Shown: piece by piece, positions 21,008-30,555 of the stretch
How the letters are laid out: every line of letters starts with the position of its first letter
Numbering within the stretch: the first letter of the stretch is position 1
Assembly (NCBI GenBank): GCA_965226495.1
Contig: OZ245365.1
Location: 5,376,001 to 5,440,000, forward strand
Length of the DNA stretch: 64,000 nt
Origin: Candidatus Marinacidobacterales bacterium
GTDB lineage: Bacteria > Acidobacteriota > Vicinamibacteria > Marinacidobacterales > DATDRI01
Reading direction: 5' to 3'
Made by a program: the position numbers and the translations under genes
The notes under the pieces: model-generated
Database searches by the model: none
What the model was told of the DNA's origin: nothing
Seen by the model: the letters and a program-made list of their open reading frames with translations, nothing else

Positions 21008-21532
21008 ATGAAAGGTTTGCGAACAGCACTTTGTCTCATCGTGATTCTGGTCGCAGCGACCGGATTCGCCCAAAAGATCACGACCGATTGGGACCACGGC
21101 GCGGATTTCACGAAGTTCAAGACCTACGCCTATGCGAAGGGAACCCCGGTCGAGGATCCGCTCATGGACCAGCGGGTGGTCGAAGCGATTGAAGCCGCCC
21201 TCGAAAAAGAGGGGATCAAGAAAGTCGACTCGAACCCCGACATGTATGTGACGTACCATGCGTCCGCCAAAGAGAACAAGCAGTACGTAACAGATAACTT
21301 TGGATACGGCTATGGTGCCCGTTGGGGCGGGGGCATGGGCACATCCACGACGCGCGCTTATACCTACGAGAAGGGCACGATCGTCATCGACCTCTGGGGC
21401 GCAGACGGGAAACAGCTGCTTTTCCGAGGTTCCGGAACGGATACTATCAGCGACAAACCGGACAAGAACATCAAGAAAATCCACAAGGTCGTCGAGAAAA
21501 TTTTCGCCAAGTACCCACCGAAGTCGAGCTAA
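21008..21532 (+). CDS. DUF4136 family secreted protein
   Basis: Signal peptide. DWDHGADFTKFKTYAY, Gly/Tyr-rich loop, YEKGTIVIDLW and C-terminal KYPP. Confidence 0.85.
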   Translation: MKGLRTALCLIVILVAATGFAQKITTDWDHGADFTKFKTYAYAKGTPVEDPLMDQRVVEAIEAALEKEGIKKVDSNPDMYVTYHASAKENKQYVTDNFGYGYGARWGGGMGTSTTRAYTYEKGTIVIDLWGADGKQLLFRGSGTDTISDKPDKNIKKIHKVVEKIFAKYPPKSS

Positions 21533-21558
21533 CCGCGCTTCTTGATGGCCCGGTACGG

Positions 21559-21604
21559 CCCGAGATAGGGGCGCCCAACTAGGCGCCCCTATCTCGGGAT
21601 TTTA
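21559..21604 (+). terminator. Intrinsic terminator
   Basis: 17-bp perfect stem cccgagataggggcgcc/ggcgcccctatctcggg followed by atttt. Confidence 0.8.
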
Positions 21605-21616
21605 CGCGCCTTTTTC

Positions 21617-21654
21617 TCCGCAATTTTTCCTCGAAAAATCCGTATTTCTCCGGA
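21617..21654 (+). promoter_or_regulatory. Tandem palindromic operator, copy 2
   Basis: tccgcaatttttcctc at 21617 and tccgtatttctccgga at 21639. Confidence 0.6.
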
Positions 21655-21807
21655 TGACGCGATACCCCCACGAATTGATAGCCTCTCCCGGTACGCGAGG
21701 GGTGGAAGCGCTTAAAGACTTACCCTCGTTCCCCTCCTGTTCAGAGGCGGGCAACGCTCCCGAGGGCGGGCGGTGCCCGCCCCCCCCGCGTCTTTGCCGA
21801 GGATACT

Positions 21808-22212
21808 GTGGAGCGCCTGCAAGTTCTGATCGCCGACGACAATGACATTTTGCTCGACGAAGTGCGTGCCATGCTCGAGCCCCAGTTCGATGTCGTCGCG
21901 CAGGTCGGAGATGGCGAGGCCCTGCTGGAGGCCGCGAGACGCCTCACACCGGACGTTCTCGTGGTGGACATTTCGATGCCCAACGTGAGCGGAATCGAGG
22001 CGGCGCGAAGGCTGCGGCAGGATGGCAGCGGCGCCAGAATTATCTTTCTGACGGCTCACCAGGATCCGGCACTCGTCGAGATCGCTTTCGAGGCCGGTGG
22101 CATAGGCTACGTCCTCAAAACATCTGCCGGTGAAGATCTGTTGCCCGCCATCGATGAGGCTCTCCGTGGACGCCGGTACGTTTCTCCGCTCCTCCGCGTC
22201 GAAACGACTTGA
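21808..22212 (+). CDS. Stand-alone receiver-domain response regulator (NarL-like REC, no HTH)
   Basis: VLIADDN, VDISMP, FLTAH and GYVLK. Ends at the linker YVSP. Confidence 0.88.
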   Translation: MERLQVLIADDNDILLDEVRAMLEPQFDVVAQVGDGEALLEAARRLTPDVLVVDISMPNVSGIEAARRLRQDGSGARIIFLTAHQDPALVEIAFEAGGIGYVLKTSAGEDLLPAIDEALRGRRYVSPLLRVETT

Positions 22213-22229
22213 GCTCTCTTCGGAGGGTC

Positions 22230-22268
22230 ACCGGAATTTTTCCGTTAGAATATCCGTAGTTTTACGGA
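22230..22268 (+). promoter_or_regulatory. Tandem palindromic operator, copy 3
   Basis: accggaatttttccgt at 22230 and the perfect palindrome tccgtagttttacgga at 22253. Confidence 0.65.
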
Positions 22269-22507
22269 TAGCCGGGGGCCTCGTCCTTGGGTAACATACT
22301 TGCTTGAGCTTCGTTCAAGGAAAGTTGCGGACCGCTAGCGCGATCCAGCATAGATCAAATCGAAAGGTGGAAAGCTCAATGATTCGCTCGGGTGTTGAAG
22401 AGATCTTCGAGAAATACCCGCCAACGGCAGCAAAGTAACCAACCGTATTGCTGGCGAACAAGAAAAGCCCCCGCACAACAACTAGGCTAACAAGGAGGAT
22501 TGCTCGA

Positions 22508-23137
22508 ATGCTTCGAAATCTGTTCATCACACTGCCTGTACTATTTGCGCTCGGTTCTTCATCGGCTTGGGCACAGCCAAAGGTGGAGATCGCACCGTTC
22601 ATCGGATATCGATTCGCGGGCGGCGTGACACTGGAGGCCATCAACACCGATTTGAATCTCGATAGCAATGTGAGTTGGGGTCTCACCGTCGACGTCAACG
22701 TGACCGAAACCGTGGCGGTAGAGTTTCTCTACAGCCATCAGAAGTCCCTGCTCAAAGCCAAAGGTGGAATTTTCGGCCCGAGCACGGCTTTGGACGACGT
22801 CAACACCGATTACTACCACGGTGGTGTGCTATTCCATTTCAACGAGTACGACGAGCCAGTCCGTCCCTTTGTGGCGTTCTCACTCGGCGCCACTAACTTC
22901 AATCCCGATGTCGAGGGCCTGGATAGCACGACCAAGTTCTCCTTCGGATTCGGCGCCGGCGTGAAGTTCATGGCTAGTGACCACTTTGGGGCGCGCGTCG
23001 AGTTCCGAGGCTACTCCACGAACACCGATCTCACGCAAACCGGCTGGGTTTGCGGTTACATCACGTGCGGTCTGGTGACCGGCTCCCAGTATATCTTTCA
23101 GGGAGATCTGACAGGCGGAGTGATCATCGCCTTCTAA
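22508..23137 (+). CDS. Outer-membrane beta-barrel protein (OmpA/OmpW-like, probably 8-stranded)
   Basis: AAGGAGG Shine-Dalgarno, signal peptide, alternating beta pattern and C-terminal Phe (GGVIIAF). Confidence 0.85.
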   Translation: MLRNLFITLPVLFALGSSSAWAQPKVEIAPFIGYRFAGGVTLEAINTDLNLDSNVSWGLTVDVNVTETVAVEFLYSHQKSLLKAKGGIFGPSTALDDVNTDYYHGGVLFHFNEYDEPVRPFVAFSLGATNFNPDVEGLDSTTKFSFGFGAGVKFMASDHFGARVEFRGYSTNTDLTQTGWVCGYITCGLVTGSQYIFQGDLTGGVIIAF

Positions 23138-23155
23138 AAGCTCTTCTTCCTTCAT

Positions 23156-23188
23156 CCCTCTCCCTCTGGGAGAGGGTAGGGTGAGGGC
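23156..23188. repeat. Short REP-like element
   Basis: ccctctccctctgggagagggtagggtgagggc, containing the hairpin ccctctccc/gggagaggg. Confidence 0.5.
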
Positions 23189-23206
23189 AAAGCAAGCACA
23201 CGCAAG

Positions 23207-23240
23207 AAAAGGGCGGCCGATCGTCGGCCGCCCTTTTTTT
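23207..23240. terminator. Bidirectional intrinsic terminator
   Basis: aaaagggcggccga-tcg-tcggccgccctttt between convergent genes. Confidence 0.85.
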
Positions 23241-23257
23241 GTCATCAGAATCAGCTC

Positions 23258-24640
23258 TCAGAAAGACACCTGAAGCCTTCCTTGGAAAACCCACACCGGA
23301 TCCGCGGACTTGAGCTTGGCCCGGATCACGTTGAAGGCCAACCGGGTGGAGTAGGTGGGATACCAGTTCAAGGCGGCGGTTAGATCGTTGAGCTCACCTC
23401 CGGAGATGACCTTGTCGGTCATATCGACACGAGAGAAACGAAATGCGACCTCGAAAGCGCCGCGCCCACCCGAGCCGTCGCGCAACTCGTGCTTGGGATG
23501 AGGTCGCCCGAACCTACCCTCACCCGCGAGGTAGGGGCGTTTTTCGCCAGTGAGGAAATAGCTCCCCATGACGTAAAAGGCATAAAAGAAGAGATCCCCC
23601 TGGTCTTCGGTCTCGACGGAGGCCGGCACGAACTCGCCCTGAAACGACAAGCGGCCTCTTTGCACGGCATTTTCCACGACGGCAATGTTCACATGGTTGG
23701 CCGGAAACTCACCCGTATCCACAAAGTTTGGAGCTAAGTTGGACTCGGGCTGATAGGAGAACTCGATCGTCGGGTCGACGTTTCGCCGCCATAAATCGAT
23801 TCCAAGGTGTACCAGCGTCTTCCCACCTTTGGGATGGAAGGCGCCGGCGAAACGACCCGACGTACCGGCGTTGTCCGTATTCTTAAGATCTTCGCTTTCC
23901 GGCTGGAGGATTCCAATCGCCCATCGCACCTTTTTTCGTGGCGCGTCACCATAGAACAGCACGCCGGTGTTGCGGGCGGGGAGGAAGGCGCTGGTGAGGC
24001 TTCTCTCCATGAACGTCGTATTGTCGGCGGCGGTGTATCCTTCCAATCCGAGAGGTGCTCGAAAACGACCCCCGATGATCTGAAGAGTCGGGATCGGCAG
24101 CTCTCGGAGTCCAAAGTAGGCATCTTGAAGATTGGGCGGGTTGGAAGCGGTAAAGTCCCAGCGGAAACGGAAGTGGAAGTGCTTTCCGAACGTCCCCTCC
24201 GCGTCGAGGCGAGCGCGACGCCACTCGACTCCGTCTTCGATGGGAACGCCGAGAGCCTCCTCTGCGGACTCGGTGTTGGCGTATCCAGCGGTGTCATTTT
24301 GGATGTCAAAACCGAACTTCATCCTTAGATTGTTCCAGGTGGAATCTAGGTAAAGACCGTCGGCCCAGTAAAGAAAATCGTGCCATGCGGGCTTTTTCTT
24401 TTCGTCCTCGCCATCATCCTCGCTCTCCCCTGGCTCGTCGGAGTCTTCTTGCCCCTTCTCTTCCTTCTCGGACTGGTCGCGCGCCGACGCTTCCTGACCC
24501 TCCTGGTTCTGCCAAGGATTCTGGCTAGGCGATGCAGTGACCGGCAGAATCAGCGCTAGAACCAGGGCCACGATCGGCCTCGTGAAAGGCAGCAGAACTG
24601 TGGGCGGGCTACTCGCTTTAGACGTCGGCGCATCGTACAT
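23258..24640 (-). CDS. OprO/OprP-family phosphate/polyphosphate-selective porin
   Basis: WRRARL, TTFMERS, YFLTGEKRPY, ALNWYP and C-terminal RLQVSF. Confidence 0.85.
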   Translation of the reverse strand: MYDAPTSKASSPPTVLLPFTRPIVALVLALILPVTASPSQNPWQNQEGQEASARDQSEKEEKGQEDSDEPGESEDDGEDEKKKPAWHDFLYWADGLYLDSTWNNLRMKFGFDIQNDTAGYANTESAEEALGVPIEDGVEWRRARLDAEGTFGKHFHFRFRWDFTASNPPNLQDAYFGLRELPIPTLQIIGGRFRAPLGLEGYTAADNTTFMERSLTSAFLPARNTGVLFYGDAPRKKVRWAIGILQPESEDLKNTDNAGTSGRFAGAFHPKGGKTLVHLGIDLWRRNVDPTIEFSYQPESNLAPNFVDTGEFPANHVNIAVVENAVQRGRLSFQGEFVPASVETEDQGDLFFYAFYVMGSYFLTGEKRPYLAGEGRFGRPHPKHELRDGSGGRGAFEVAFRFSRVDMTDKVISGGELNDLTAALNWYPTYSTRLAFNVIRAKLKSADPVWVFQGRLQVSF

Positions 24641-24749
24641 ATAGATCTCGAGACATCCGGGGCAGTGAATCCGGCACTAATTCAGGCTCCACTGACAACA
24701 CCACTAGCCGGCCTGGTAAGCCGGAGAGGTAATATAGCAAAAGAACAAC

Positions 24750-25412
24750 ATGAGATCTCGCGGCAGTACCGCTCGGGTATCGAATGTCGAGCCCTTCGGC
24801 CTAGAAGTACGAAACCTACCTAAGCCGGTATCGGGCAAGGACCTATTCGGGAACGAGCACCCTGTAGAGATGGAGGTCGGAGCCGGGAAGGGAGCCTTCC
24901 TCACCGAGGAAGCAAAGAATCGGCCCGCCGTGAACTTCATCGGCATCGAGCGTGCCACACGATACTGGCGCCTCGCCAGCGATCAAGTCCGTCGTCACGG
25001 CCGCTCGAACGTGCGGTTGATTCTCGTCGACGCCTACTACTTTCTCGACGCGTTCGTCCCCGACGACTTTTTGAGTGCCATCTACGTCCACTTTCCCGAC
25101 CCCTGGCCGAAGAAGCGTCATCAAAAGCGCCGTTTGATCCAACCGAAGTTCCTGCAAGCGGTGGCACGGGTTCTGACGCCCGGAGGCAGATTCCAAGCGG
25201 TGACCGATCACAAAGACTATTTCGATCACATGGTGGGCGCGGTCGGTTCTTCTTCCCTCCTGCAGAGCGAGTACCGGCCACCCTCAACCGCGGCAGCGGG
25301 GGAGCTGGTTGGCTCTAACTTCGAGAAAAAGTATCGCCTGGAGGGAAGAACTTCTTACGCGCTCGCGGCGGTGAGGGTAAACCAGCTCTCACGAATTCGG
25401 AAGCCAGGCTAG
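24750..25412 (+). CDS. trmB: tRNA (guanine-N7)-methyltransferase
   Basis: EVGAGKG, NFIGIE, FPDPWPKKRHQKRR and TDH. Confidence 0.93.
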   Translation: MRSRGSTARVSNVEPFGLEVRNLPKPVSGKDLFGNEHPVEMEVGAGKGAFLTEEAKNRPAVNFIGIERATRYWRLASDQVRRHGRSNVRLILVDAYYFLDAFVPDDFLSAIYVHFPDPWPKKRHQKRRLIQPKFLQAVARVLTPGGRFQAVTDHKDYFDHMVGAVGSSSLLQSEYRPPSTAAAGELVGSNFEKKYRLEGRTSYALAAVRVNQLSRIRKPG

Positions 25413-25469
25413 GACCGTTCCAACTCGATTGGCAACGGCCCGTCGCAGATCTCCGAGGTTGGACCGACC

Positions 25470-26420
25470 CTAGGCAGCCGCTTTCGACGAGATGCGACCC
25501 GTTTCCAAGATGTGCTTCGGAACCGATTTGAGATCCCAAATCAAGCCCAGCTTGGACAACACAACAAGTCCGTAGTAGGTCAGATCGACCTCGTACCAGT
25601 AGAATCCCTGGCGGGTTGCGGTTGGAAAATGGTGATGGTTGTTGTGCCAACCTTCTCCCATGGTCAGTAAGGCCAATATCAAATTGTTCTTGCTGGTATC
25701 GGTGGTCTCGTATCTCTGCCGTCCAAAAACGTGAGACAGAGAATTGATGGTGTAGGTGGCGTGCGCGAGTACAACCGTCGAGATAAAGAAACCCCAGACA
25801 AGCATCTGCATGCCATTGGTTCCGAGTTGAGGACTAACCTTGGCCAGGAGGGCGCCCAAGAAAAAAGTCGCCGTTCCAAGCAAGATGGGAACCAATACAT
25901 CGAACCGATCCAGAAACCTTAACTCTGGAAATTTCGCTAGGTCGGGGACCAAACGTATTTTGGTCGTGTCATTGCCGCGCGCGAAGACCCAACCGATGTG
26001 GCTATACCAGAAACCGTGCTTCGTCGGAGAGTGAACATCCTCGTCCTGATCGGAAAATAGGTGGTGTGTACGGTGGTGGGACGCCCACCACATGGGTCCC
26101 TTCTGAGTCGCGGAGCTGCCAAGTAAAGCGAACGCGAATTGGAACCAGCGAGACGTCTTGTAGGTCCGATGAGACAAGTAGCGGTGGTAGAAGCCAGTGA
26201 CGGCGAACATTCGCAGCCAGAACAACGCGAGGGCAACGCCTACAGCGACCGGGCTCCAGCCGACCCAGATGACGCCGAATACCATCAGATGAACGCCGAT
26301 GAAAGGCAGGGTCTTCCGCCATTGAATGCGCCTCCCCTCAGCCGGAAATTCACGAACACTCGAACGCTCTTTGTCTACGCTCGCTTCTTGCATTCCGAAC
26401 GTTACTCCTCTCCCCGCCAT
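25470..26420 (-). CDS. Acyl-CoA (delta-9) desaturase
   Basis: His boxes HRYLSH, HRTHH and GEGWHNNHH. Confidence 0.93.
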   Translation of the reverse strand: MAGRGVTFGMQEASVDKERSSVREFPAEGRRIQWRKTLPFIGVHLMVFGVIWVGWSPVAVGVALALFWLRMFAVTGFYHRYLSHRTYKTSRWFQFAFALLGSSATQKGPMWWASHHRTHHLFSDQDEDVHSPTKHGFWYSHIGWVFARGNDTTKIRLVPDLAKFPELRFLDRFDVLVPILLGTATFFLGALLAKVSPQLGTNGMQMLVWGFFISTVVLAHATYTINSLSHVFGRQRYETTDTSKNNLILALLTMGEGWHNNHHHFPTATRQGFYWYEVDLTYYGLVVLSKLGLIWDLKSVPKHILETGRISSKAAA

Positions 26421-26503
26421 AAAGCTCCACCACTGGAGCTCGCCCTCACTGGAAGGGTCCCCGGCGCGTTCCTACACGTAATGGGACTCCCTGGGATCGA
26501 ACA

Positions 26504-27106
26504 CTAGGCTAGTTTCGCAGATTTGTCGACAAAACTCGTGAGCCACGGACTCCGCTCACGACCGGGTATTAGTTTAACACGAAGTTCTTGGGGACGCCTA
26601 GTGTCGCGCAAACCTTTAGTCAAGAGTACTTTAGCGCATCGAGGCCGGAAAAAACGCCTCAGAAAACCCAACTGACCGATGTGAAAGGAGTCGTGCTCAA
26701 TTAGAAACGTAATGGCCGCCAAGGTCGTATTGCCCGCCTCGATGGGAAAGGGGCGCTCCAACTCCTTCTCCAAGTCCGCATCGCCAAGAGTCACCAGATG
26801 GGAGGAAAGTCTCTCCGATATGACTTTCCATGCCGAACCTATTTCGTCCACAGTGGGAAATTCTTGTATGTCGTCGATTCCGCGCGCCCCCTCGAGCGCC
26901 TTGAACGGGCTGCTGCTTTCATGACCCACGGTGTTCCCGAGATAGTGCCGCGCTTCGACCAAATGGCAGGCGATGAAGGCGATGTGGTTGGTGCTCTCGT
27001 TGGGCCGAGAGGTTGCAACGCTGTCGTCCACACCGTCGAGAGCATTTAGAAAGAGTCGCGTGTTCAGATCGAGCGTTCTTACCAGCGGTACCAAAGCATT
27101 GTTCAC
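26504..27106 (-). CDS. DinB-family protein; the true stop is probably at 26620, after a 1-bp frameshift
   Basis: NHIAFIACH and HDSFHIGQL. Removing one base at about 26646 gives RRFFGLDALKYS*. GTGA overlap with the upstream gene. Confidence 0.8.
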   Translation of the reverse strand: MNNALVPLVRTLDLNTRLFLNALDGVDDSVATSRPNESTNHIAFIACHLVEARHYLGNTVGHESSSPFKALEGARGIDDIQEFPTVDEIGSAWKVISERLSSHLVTLGDADLEKELERPFPIEAGNTTLAAITFLIEHDSFHIGQLGFLRRFFRPRCAKVLLTKGLRDTRRPQELRVKLIPGRERSPWLTSFVDKSAKLA

Positions 27107-28113
27107 GCCTTCCTCCCGTGCCCCTCCGACAACCCTGACAACTCCTGTAGGGCGCGAGCCACATAGACCCGCGCCATTTTCTTGCGGTAGTCGTGTGTCA
27201 GATCGGTATTGTCGAGCGGGCGGGCCGGTCGGTAAGCCGCAGCCGCAGCCTCCTGAATGAGCTCAGCCGACAGCTTCTTGCCGACGAGCATCTGCTCGGC
27301 CTTGGTGGCCGCGACGGGCGCCGACTCCACAGCCGTCAGGACGATGCGGGCTTTCTCCACCGTCCCGTCGGAGGCGGTCTTGAGTGCGGCCGCCACTCCC
27401 ACAATAGGGAAATCAATGCTTCCCCGACGTCTCAATTTCAAGTAGGTGGCGCGGGTTCCATCGACCGGGGGAACATGTATTTGGGTCAGAACTTCGTCCG
27501 GCCGTTTCGCTATGTAATCGATACCGTCCTGTTTGTACAGGTTCTCTACCGGGATCCGGCGCTCACCTTCCGGCCCCACCAAAGTCACCTCGGCCTCGAG
27601 AGCAATGAAGACCGGAGCGGTATCCGAAGAGGCGATGGCCCAGCATCGCTTGCTGCCGGGTGCCACCCAGCAAATGTCTCCGTCTTTCTTCATGCAGAAA
27701 TGGATGGCTTCGCGCCACTCGAAGTTCTGGTTGTAATAGTTGCAACGGGTGTCGATACAAAGATTGCCACCGACGGTGCCCATGTTTCGCAGGATCGGCG
27801 AGCTGACCAGGCCGGCAGAACGAGCCACTGCCGGGTACGCCGAAAGAAGCATGTCCGATTCGGAGAGCTCCGTGAGCGTCAATAGCCCCCCGATCTCGAT
27901 TCCCTTTTTGGGGCTTCCCTCTAGTTCGCGCAGCCCTTCGACTCCTCGAAGGCCGACCAAGACCCTCGGTTCGAACTGTCGTCGCTTCATGTTGGGGTAC
28001 AGATCGGTGCCGCCGGCAACCGGCATCGCTTCCGGACCGTGGTCTTTAAGCATACGCGCCGCTTCCCGCGCCTCGCTGGGAGCGAGGTATCGAAACGGCG
28101 GAAGTCGCATCAT
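27103..28113 (-). CDS. FAD/[4Fe-4S] subunit, 4-hydroxybenzoyl-CoA reductase beta (HcrB)-like
   Basis: AGGTDL, and GGNLCIDTRCNYYNQ...CMKKDGDICWV...KRC as a Cys insertion. Start at MMRLPPF overlaps the upstream stop. Confidence 0.88.
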   Translation of the reverse strand: MMRLPPFRYLAPSEAREAARMLKDHGPEAMPVAGGTDLYPNMKRRQFEPRVLVGLRGVEGLRELEGSPKKGIEIGGLLTLTELSESDMLLSAYPAVARSAGLVSSPILRNMGTVGGNLCIDTRCNYYNQNFEWREAIHFCMKKDGDICWVAPGSKRCWAIASSDTAPVFIALEAEVTLVGPEGERRIPVENLYKQDGIDYIAKRPDEVLTQIHVPPVDGTRATYLKLRRRGSIDFPIVGVAAALKTASDGTVEKARIVLTAVESAPVAATKAEQMLVGKKLSAELIQEAAAAAYRPARPLDNTDLTHDYRKKMARVYVARALQELSGLSEGHGRKA

Positions 28114-30542
28114 CCCGGCTGTTCCTCCCCCGTGTTGGATGTCGGCAAAGGCGGCACCTCGAGAGGTTCGGGAAAACCAAAAGGTGGAACTTCTGGTGAG
28201 CGGTAACGCCCATCCATGGCCAAGAGGATTTTGGCAGGTGTTACCGGTACCTCGTCGACTCGAACCCCTACCGCATCGTAGACGGCGTTGACGAGCGCGG
28301 GGATGACCGGGAGTAGTGGGCCTTGCCCGCACTCTTTGGCACCGTACGGCCCTTGCGGGTCGAGGGTTTCTACGAGAATGGACTCCACCGGCGGCATTTC
28401 CAAGAAGGTCGGGCTCTTGTACTCGAGCAGCGAGGGGAACTTGTGAACCCCCAACCGGAAGATCTGCTCCTCCATCAAGGCCTCGCCGAGGCCCATGTAA
28501 ACACTCCCTTCGATCTGCCCGATAGCGAGAAGTGGATTGATGGCCTTTCCGACGTCGTGCGCGATCCATATTTTGTCGATGGTGACCCAACCGGTCTCCT
28601 CATCTACTTGGAGCTCGACGACACAGGCGGAATAGCTGTAGGTCGGACTCGGACCGACCCCCGCCCCTTTGTAGCGCGCCGGGGAACGTGGTGGTTTGTA
28701 GCTTCCCGTCGAGCCCAAGGTCCCATGCTCGGCCTCGGTCAGCACCACCGCCTCAGCGAAGGTCACTCCTTTCTCCGGATCCTCGGCGTCGAAGACGCGA
28801 CGGTGAGCCATCCGAAGCCTTTCGGGCGGAACATCGAGCTTCTTAGACACCATGTCGAGTATGAGTGGTTTGAGCCGTCGGGCCGCTTGGATCGCGGCAT
28901 TGCCGGTCATTAGGGTGACGCGGCTGGAGTAGCTCCCGAGATCCACCGGGGTCAGGTCGGTATCCGCCGTCACTACGCGAACGTCCGAGACCTCGACCCC
29001 GAGCTCTTCAGCAACCACATAGGCCAGCACCGAGTCCGATCCCTGGCCAATATCGGTAGAGCCACAAAAAGCGGTGACGCCTCCCCCGCGGTCTAACTGT
29101 AGCTGAACTCCACTGTGCGGGAGGTTGTTCCAGTAAATAGGGAGTCCCGCGCCGCTGATGTAACTTGAGGCGGCAATCCCAACTCCCCTTCCCTTGCCGA
29201 GCTTTCCGTGCTTTGCGGTAAAGCCGGAGCGCTCGTCAACGCGATCCAGACATTCCTTCAAACCGACGGTGCTTAGACGAAGCTGATTCGCGGTTATCGA
29301 GAAAGGCTCCACGAGATGCCGGCGGCGGAGCTCTAGTGGATTGATGCCGAGATCCACCGCGATCTTGTCCAAGTGACATTCCAGTGCGAATCGTGGTTGC
29401 GGCGTGCCGTGTCCGCGCTTGGGCCCGCAGGGGGGCTTGTTGGTAAAGACCCGCACGCCTTCGAATTTGTAAGACCCCACCCGGTAGGTCACCGTCTGTA
29501 GCGCTCCCGTGTAGTAGAGACTCGCCACGCCATAGCTTCCGTATGCACCTCCATCCAAAAAAGAACGGAAGTGCATCGCAGTAATTTCTCCATCACGCTT
29601 CACGCCGGTCTTGATCCACATCTTCACCGGATGCCGTCCGCGGTGGCAATAAAACACTTCTTCACGCGTGAGCGTGACTTTGACCGGGCGGCGCGTCTTC
29701 ATTGAGAGCTTTCCGACCACGATCTCGTGATTGAACGGATCGCTCTTGCCCCCGAAGCCGCCCCCGTTCGGACACGCGATCACACGAACGTGCGAGGCCG
29801 GCATTTCCAACACCTTCGCCATGGCACGATGCACGTAGTGTGGCGTTTGGGTCGACGACCACAGGGTCAGTTTGTTGTCGGGACCGTACGCAGCGACCGC
29901 TGAATGCTGCTCCATGGGGAGATGCGTGTTTCCCTCAAAGAAGAATGTGTCTTCACGAACATGGTCGGCCTCCCGAAATCCCTCCTCGACATCACCGAAC
30001 TCGAGCGCTACCGCCTTGTGGATGTTGCCTTTTGCTCCATAGTCATGGATGCGCTCTTTTTCTTCTCCTAGCGCTTCCTCGATCGACATGATCGGTCGGA
30101 GGACTTCGTACTGCACATCGATGAGTCCCAATGCTTTCTCCGCGGTTTCCTCGTCGATGGCGGCGACCGCGGCTACCGGATCTCCCACGAACCGGACTTT
30201 GTCGAGGCACAAGGCATGCTCGTCCTGCGACACGGGCAGGATCCCGAAAGGAATAGGAAGGTCGGAACCGACTAGCGTTGCGACAACGCCGGAAAGCTGT
30301 TCCGCCTTACTCGTGTCGACACTTAAAATGCGCGCGTGCGGATGAGGACTCCTCCTGAGCTTGCAGTAGAGCATTCGCGGAAACGCCAGATCGTCGGCGA
30401 ACACGGTCTCCCCGCTGACCTTCGCCATGGCATCGACCTTAGGAAGGGGCTTCCCGATAATGCTGAGCTGTTCTTCAACTGAACGGACCTCTGGCCTAGA
30501 CGCTTTTTTATGCTTGGGCTTGACGCCGACCTTAGTGGGCAC
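28110..30542 (-). CDS. Xanthine-oxidase-family molybdopterin subunit, HcrA-like
   Basis: RSPHPHARI, GGGFGGK, RGHG, DIGQGS, SSR and GPYGAKECGQG. Confidence 0.9.
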   Translation of the reverse strand: MPTKVGVKPKHKKASRPEVRSVEEQLSIIGKPLPKVDAMAKVSGETVFADDLAFPRMLYCKLRRSPHPHARILSVDTSKAEQLSGVVATLVGSDLPIPFGILPVSQDEHALCLDKVRFVGDPVAAVAAIDEETAEKALGLIDVQYEVLRPIMSIEEALGEEKERIHDYGAKGNIHKAVALEFGDVEEGFREADHVREDTFFFEGNTHLPMEQHSAVAAYGPDNKLTLWSSTQTPHYVHRAMAKVLEMPASHVRVIACPNGGGFGGKSDPFNHEIVVGKLSMKTRRPVKVTLTREEVFYCHRGRHPVKMWIKTGVKRDGEITAMHFRSFLDGGAYGSYGVASLYYTGALQTVTYRVGSYKFEGVRVFTNKPPCGPKRGHGTPQPRFALECHLDKIAVDLGINPLELRRRHLVEPFSITANQLRLSTVGLKECLDRVDERSGFTAKHGKLGKGRGVGIAASSYISGAGLPIYWNNLPHSGVQLQLDRGGGVTAFCGSTDIGQGSDSVLAYVVAEELGVEVSDVRVVTADTDLTPVDLGSYSSRVTLMTGNAAIQAARRLKPLILDMVSKKLDVPPERLRMAHRRVFDAEDPEKGVTFAEAVVLTEAEHGTLGSTGSYKPPRSPARYKGAGVGPSPTYSYSACVVELQVDEETGWVTIDKIWIAHDVGKAINPLLAIGQIEGSVYMGLGEALMEEQIFRLGVHKFPSLLEYKSPTFLEMPPVESILVETLDPQGPYGAKECGQGPLLPVIPALVNAVYDAVGVRVDEVPVTPAKILLAMDGRYRSPEVPPFGFPEPLEVPPLPTSNTGEEQPG

Positions 30543-30555
30543 GATTTTCCTTACC

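Noticed and set aside
27103-28590. 495-aa ORF as annotated in the track
   Set aside because: The first ~160 aa overlap the molybdopterin subunit gene in another frame. The real start is at 28113.
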